NCBI GenBank assembly: GCA_048772705.1
Contig: JBLWGC010000133.1
Span: 149,531 to 213,530 of the forward strand
Direction: 5' to 3'
From: Leidyana gryllorum EB-2025a
Lineage: Eukaryota; Protista; Apicomplexa
Length of the DNA stretch: 64,000 nucleotides
The notes beneath the pieces are model-generated. The model was not told the DNA's origin. It was given only the letters and a program-made list of their open reading frames with translations, and made no database searches. A program made the position numbers and the translations under genes. How positions within the stretch are numbered: the stretch's first letter is position 1; the number at the start of each line of letters is the position of its first letter. This document shows positions 59,600-64,000 of this stretch, piece by piece.

Positions 59600-60078
59600 T
59601 AATCAGCACCTGAGAGGGGATAGCGTGTATGCACACATTCGTGTGCGACTTGGAGCACCTGCCCGGGCAATGTTGTGCACTGATGCCGGACGGCTTTTTG
59701 TCGAGATATCCCGATGTAAACTTGGAAACGAGCACTTTACGAAGCGAAACATGGGGGTCACAGAGGTGACGCGTCTTGCTTGATATATGCAACGATGCAA
59801 ACACCTCTGCTCAGCGAATGGCTTTTCAACTCAGATTGCAACGCCATGTGCCACACAGTGTATAGCAGACGGTACTGACAGCCCGCCTGTAGTCTGAGGA
59901 TACCCACAAAGACTGAGTAGAGCCTTGAAGTGCCTTACTCGAGGCCTTCAGATTGTGAGTCCTGTCAACGATATATCCAAAGGGCAGTTCGGGCCCTTCA
60001 GCAACCACTTCCATCACTGTTGTGTGGGTGGATCCCAGTCCAGAAGTCTTATGCGGTGTTCATTTTCTCGGCATTTTA

Positions 60079-62243
60079 CTACACCTGCAGTCTTTGTCCT
60101 ACTTTTATCTGATCGTAGAGCTCACAGAGACTGACTTTCACTCTGTTTGAAGTGATGAGCGTAGAAAGGCGTCGAATTTGAAACCTCAAAAAGGCGGTTT
60201 CCATTTTGACCACAAACGACTCGCACAATGTAAAAGCCCCGAGGGCAGTATTCTGGAAGCCCTGGACTTCTTCTCCCTTTGCGGGAAGACCTCTTCGTAG
60301 ATCGACGCGGGACAGACAGCCGGTAACATCACCGGGAGGCCCAAATATTCCAACTCTTTGAAGCGTTGGTTCAGCAACGCACGACCCAACCACCAATAGT
60401 CCGAGCAAGTCTCGGCGATGAGGTCGAACAGTCCGCCAACGGAGGTCTGAGCCTCTCGCAATGTCCCTTCCAACATATCCGCGTACCACTGACTGACGAG
60501 GGCCTTTGGAACGCTGCAGTAACAAGTGCCTGAAAGGAGAGTGGACGCAGCGTGGACACTTCTTTCTCGCAGCTTTGTCCATTGTTCCGGATCGTCGGCA
60601 GTCTGCGTCATCAGACACAGACTGGTGTCTTCCGCCGAACACCCAATGTATTTCAGCACAGCTCGGAGAGTGGCATCGGTATACAGTCCCGAGACGAGTT
60701 CCAATTGGACCTTAGGCCACGGGTAGCGCAGAAGGGCTGCAGCTTGGAGCCCGAAACGGACCCGAATGCCTCTCCGTCGCCAAATGGAGTGCCCAACCAA
60801 AAACCAGTCAGTCAGCTTGGCGATCTGGGAAGGCACTCCGGTGACACCGACATATTGAATTTGACACCTTTCAATCAAACGCCGCATCGCTTCCGGTGAG
60901 GCATCCCGTTTGGTGTGAAGGCATAACACCCGGACACAGTCGGAGGGCAAAGAGGCGGGGGTCGCGCGCTCACACAGTCCTTCAACCAGCGCCCATCCCT
61001 CCAAAGGTAACTCAATGCGCTTCAGATTCTGAAAGGGCAGAGTTCTGAGTAAATTTTCAGTCAGAGTCGGAGTGGATTTGTCGTTGACATAGAGAACCCG
61101 TGTGACCTCTGACCATTCCACTGGATGATTGATGCCGGTGGCGCTCAGATAAAGTGTGTTCTCACTCATCAATCCAAAGTATGGGGGAGGGTATACAGCG
61201 GGAGGTTCGGTCAGTGGGAGAGCCCTCCAGCAGAGAGGCGGTGAATCCAAATCCTTTGTCCGGGCCAACCGGAACCAGCCGAAACTCGAGGCGAAGCGCC
61301 GCAGCACAGTGCCATCTTCTTGAGTCCCATTCACAAGTCGTTGAGCATATATATATGACACAACCGGCACATTCCGCAGGTAAGTGCGACAGAGCGGATG
61401 CATTTGGCGCTCCCGATCGCTCCATTCTCGTTTGAGGTATTCCCAGAGCCTCTGTGACCCTCTGAACGAAATGTAACCCAATGCTTCCAGAAAGCCTCAC
61501 CTCGCGCACTTTGGCCACGTGTTTGTGATTCCGATTCGGAACTCCAGTGGATCGCTCGCCCAATCGTGCGCCTTGGGTAGATATCGCACCAGACACGGGG
61601 ATGTCTGCCATCCCCCGTTTGTCACAGAGGCGGCGGTGTCCTGAGTTTTGAAGATCCAATACCTGAAGTGTGGCTTTGTCACCGACACAATCCGGTCGTC
61701 GCGGCCACCGTGGCCGTCACCCACAGCCCTATGGAGCTCCACCGCTAGATCGTGGCGAATGAAAAGGAGCTGGTGCCTTTTGACGACTAAACATTCCAAT
61801 ATCGGAGCATCGATAAGCAGCGACCCTTCAGACAACTCTGAACAGGAGATGTCCAACAACTTCAGGTTGGGAAAACTGAAAGTGTGGGTCTGCCACGACC
61901 CCCCACTTTCGAAAACGGTGCCTATGATTGCTTCCGTCAGTCTCGGCAGTCCCCATTGGGACATCTTCTGTAGCAGATCAGTCCATATCAGCTGTCTGGA
62001 TGTGGATCCTATCCAGGTCAAGGACTCTAGGTGGGGGCACGATCGGCAAAGCCATGCCTCAAACCAAGAGGCGCGCTGTACCCAGGCCCACTGTGAGGGT
62101 GCAAGAAATAAGCGTTCAGAAAACAGTAATGAGTTTTCAGAGTGAAGAAGATTGTGTAGCTGTTTGGAGATTCCTGCCGCTTTTGTCAGCTCACATAGCG
62201 GAAGGAACCGCAGAATTTGGGTCCAGATGTCGTCATTCAGCAT
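60079..62243 (-). CDS. F-box/LRR-like protein, copy 2 (3' end uncertain)
   Basis: Same architecture as copy 1; intron 61462-61500 with AG|GTGAG donor. Confidence 0.75.
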
Positions 62244-62770
62244 TAATCAGCACCTGAGAGGGGAAAGCGTGTATGCACACACTCGTGTGCGGCCTGGAGC
62301 ATCTGCCTGGGCAATGTTGTGCACTGATGCCGGACGGGTTGTTGTCAAAATATCCCGATGTAACCTTGGAAACGAGCACTTTACGAAGCGAAACATGGGG
62401 GGCACAGAGGTGATGACGCGTGTTGCTTAATATATTCAACGATACAAACACCTCTGCTCAGCGAATGGCTTTTCAACACAGATTGCAACGCCATGTGCCA
62501 CACAGTATATAGCAGACAGTACGGACAGCTCGCCTGTGGTCTTGAGGATACCCACAAAGACTGAGCAGAGCCTTGAAGTGCCTTACTCGAGGCCTTCAGA
62601 TTGTGAGTCCTGTCAACTATATATCCAAAGGGCAGTTCGGGCCCTTCAGCAACCACTTCCATCACTGTTGTGTGGGTGGATGAATTTAACAGATCTCACA
62701 GCCTCACCTTCGACTGCTTGAAGCTCCCAGTCCGGAACTCTTATGCGGTGTTCATTTTCACGGCATTTTA

Positions 62771-64000
62771 CTACACTTGCAGTCTTTGTCCTACTTTTAT
62801 CTGATCATAGAGCTCACAGAGACTGAACTTCACTCTGTTTGAAGTAATAAGCGTAGAAAGGCGTCGAATCAGAAACCTCAAAAAGGCTGTTTCCATTTTG
62901 ACCACAAATGACTCGCACAATGTAAAAGCCTTGAAGGCAGTATTCTGGAAGCCCTGGACTTCTTCTCCCTTTGCGGGAAGACCTCTTTGTAGATCGACGC
63001 GGGACAGACAGCCGGTAACATCACCGGGAGGCCCAAATATTCCAACTCTTTGAAGCGTTGGTTCAGCAACGCACGACCCAACCACCAATCGTCCGGGCAC
63101 GTCTCGGCGATGAGGTCGAACAGTCCGCCAACGGAGGTCTGAGCCTCTCGCAATGTCCCTTCCAACATATCCGCGTACCACTGACTGACGAGGGCCTTTG
63201 GAACGCTGCAGTAACAAGCGCCTGAAAGGAGAGTGGACGCAGCGTGGACACTTCTTTCTCGCAGCTTTGTCCATTGCTCCGGATCATCGGCAGTCTGCGT
63301 CATCAGACACAAACTGATGTCTTCCGCCGAACACCCAATGTATTTCAGCACAGCTCGGAGAGTGGCATCGGTATACAGTCCCGAGACGAGTTCCAATTGG
63401 ACCTTAGGCCACGGATAGCGCAGAAGGGCTGCAGCTTGGAGCCCGAAACGGACCCGAATGCCTCTCCGTCGCCAAATGGAGTGCCCAACCAAAAACCAGT
63501 CAGTCAACTTCGCGATCTGGGAAGGCACTCCGGTGACACCGACATATTGAATTTGACACCTTTCAATCAAACGCCGCATCGCTTCCGGTGAGGCATCCCG
63601 TTTGGTGTGAAGGCATAACACCCGGACACAGTCGGAGGGCAAAGAGGCGGGGGTCGCGCTCTCACACAGTCCTTCAACCAGCGCCCATCCCTCCAGAGGT
63701 AACTCAATGCGGTTCAGATTCTGAAAGGGCAGAGTTCTGAGTAAATTTTCAGTCAGAGTCGGAGTGGATTTGTCGTTGACATAGAGAACCCGTGTCACCT
63801 CTGACCATTCCACTGGATGATTGATGCCGGTGGCGCTCAGATAAAGTGTGTTGTCACTCATCAATCCAAAGTATGGGGGAGGGTATACAGCGGGAGGTTC
63901 GGTCAGTGGGAGTGCCCTCCAGCAGAGAGGCGGTGAATCGAAATCCTTTGTTCGGGCCAACCGGAACCATCCGAAACTCGAGTCGACGCGCCGCAGCACA
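62771..64000 (-). CDS. F-box/LRR-like protein, copy 3 (5' part outside the window)
   Basis: ORF 62878-63999 is nearly identical to the second exon of copies 1 and 2. Confidence 0.7.

Larger units (their letters stand above)
57132..64000. repeat. Tandem duplication, unit about 2.64 kb, at least 2.6 copies
   Basis: Offsets of 2644 nt (57542 to 60186, 59599 to 62243) and 2692 nt (60186 to 62878); copies are near-identical. Confidence 0.97.

Noticed and set aside
1-64000. Prokaryotic defence system or alternative genetic code
   Set aside because: Genes are spliceosomal-intron-containing eukaryotic orthologs; TAA, TAG and TGA all end conserved genes, and internal stops fall in introns

Overview
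Eukaryotic, intron-containing and extremely gene-dense DNA, most consistent with a gregarine-type apicomplexan. That call is an inference from COWP-like oocyst wall proteins, an integrin-beta-like vWA surface protein, ppGalNAc-transferases, a NEDD8 ending LQLRGG and a Ty3/Gypsy remnant. Positions 1-47.8 kb hold about 26 genes with short (mostly 40-110 nt) GT-AG introns and often only 0-70 nt between coding sequences: SMC2 (5' part), a myristoylated rhodanese/pseudophosphatase, NEDD8, a kinesin, IWS1, two ppGalNAc-Ts, DPM2, DIS3L2, UBA1, CCT6, an Hsp40, a CAP protein, UBA3, a tandem-vWA adhesin, a PPPDE-PUB-UBA isopeptidase, transportin, RPL17, two Cys-rich oocyst-wall-type proteins, CWC18, NCBP1, eIF3g, a DUF606/YdcZ-type transporter and several hypotheticals. 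After 47.8 kb gene density collapses. That part holds a second DUF606 transporter, a decayed LTR retroelement (direct repeats, tRNA-Ala-type PBS, integrase C-terminus) and a ~2.64 kb tandem array of at least three diversifying F-box genes running off the right end. The most notable observations are the F-box array, two convergent gene pairs with interlocked stop codons, a recurrent ATTTT(G) element just upstream of ATGs, a CACACACGTGTGTG palindrome recurring in introns, and the vWA adhesin with metal-site motifs split between its two domains. Gene models were spliced by eye and no database searches were run.
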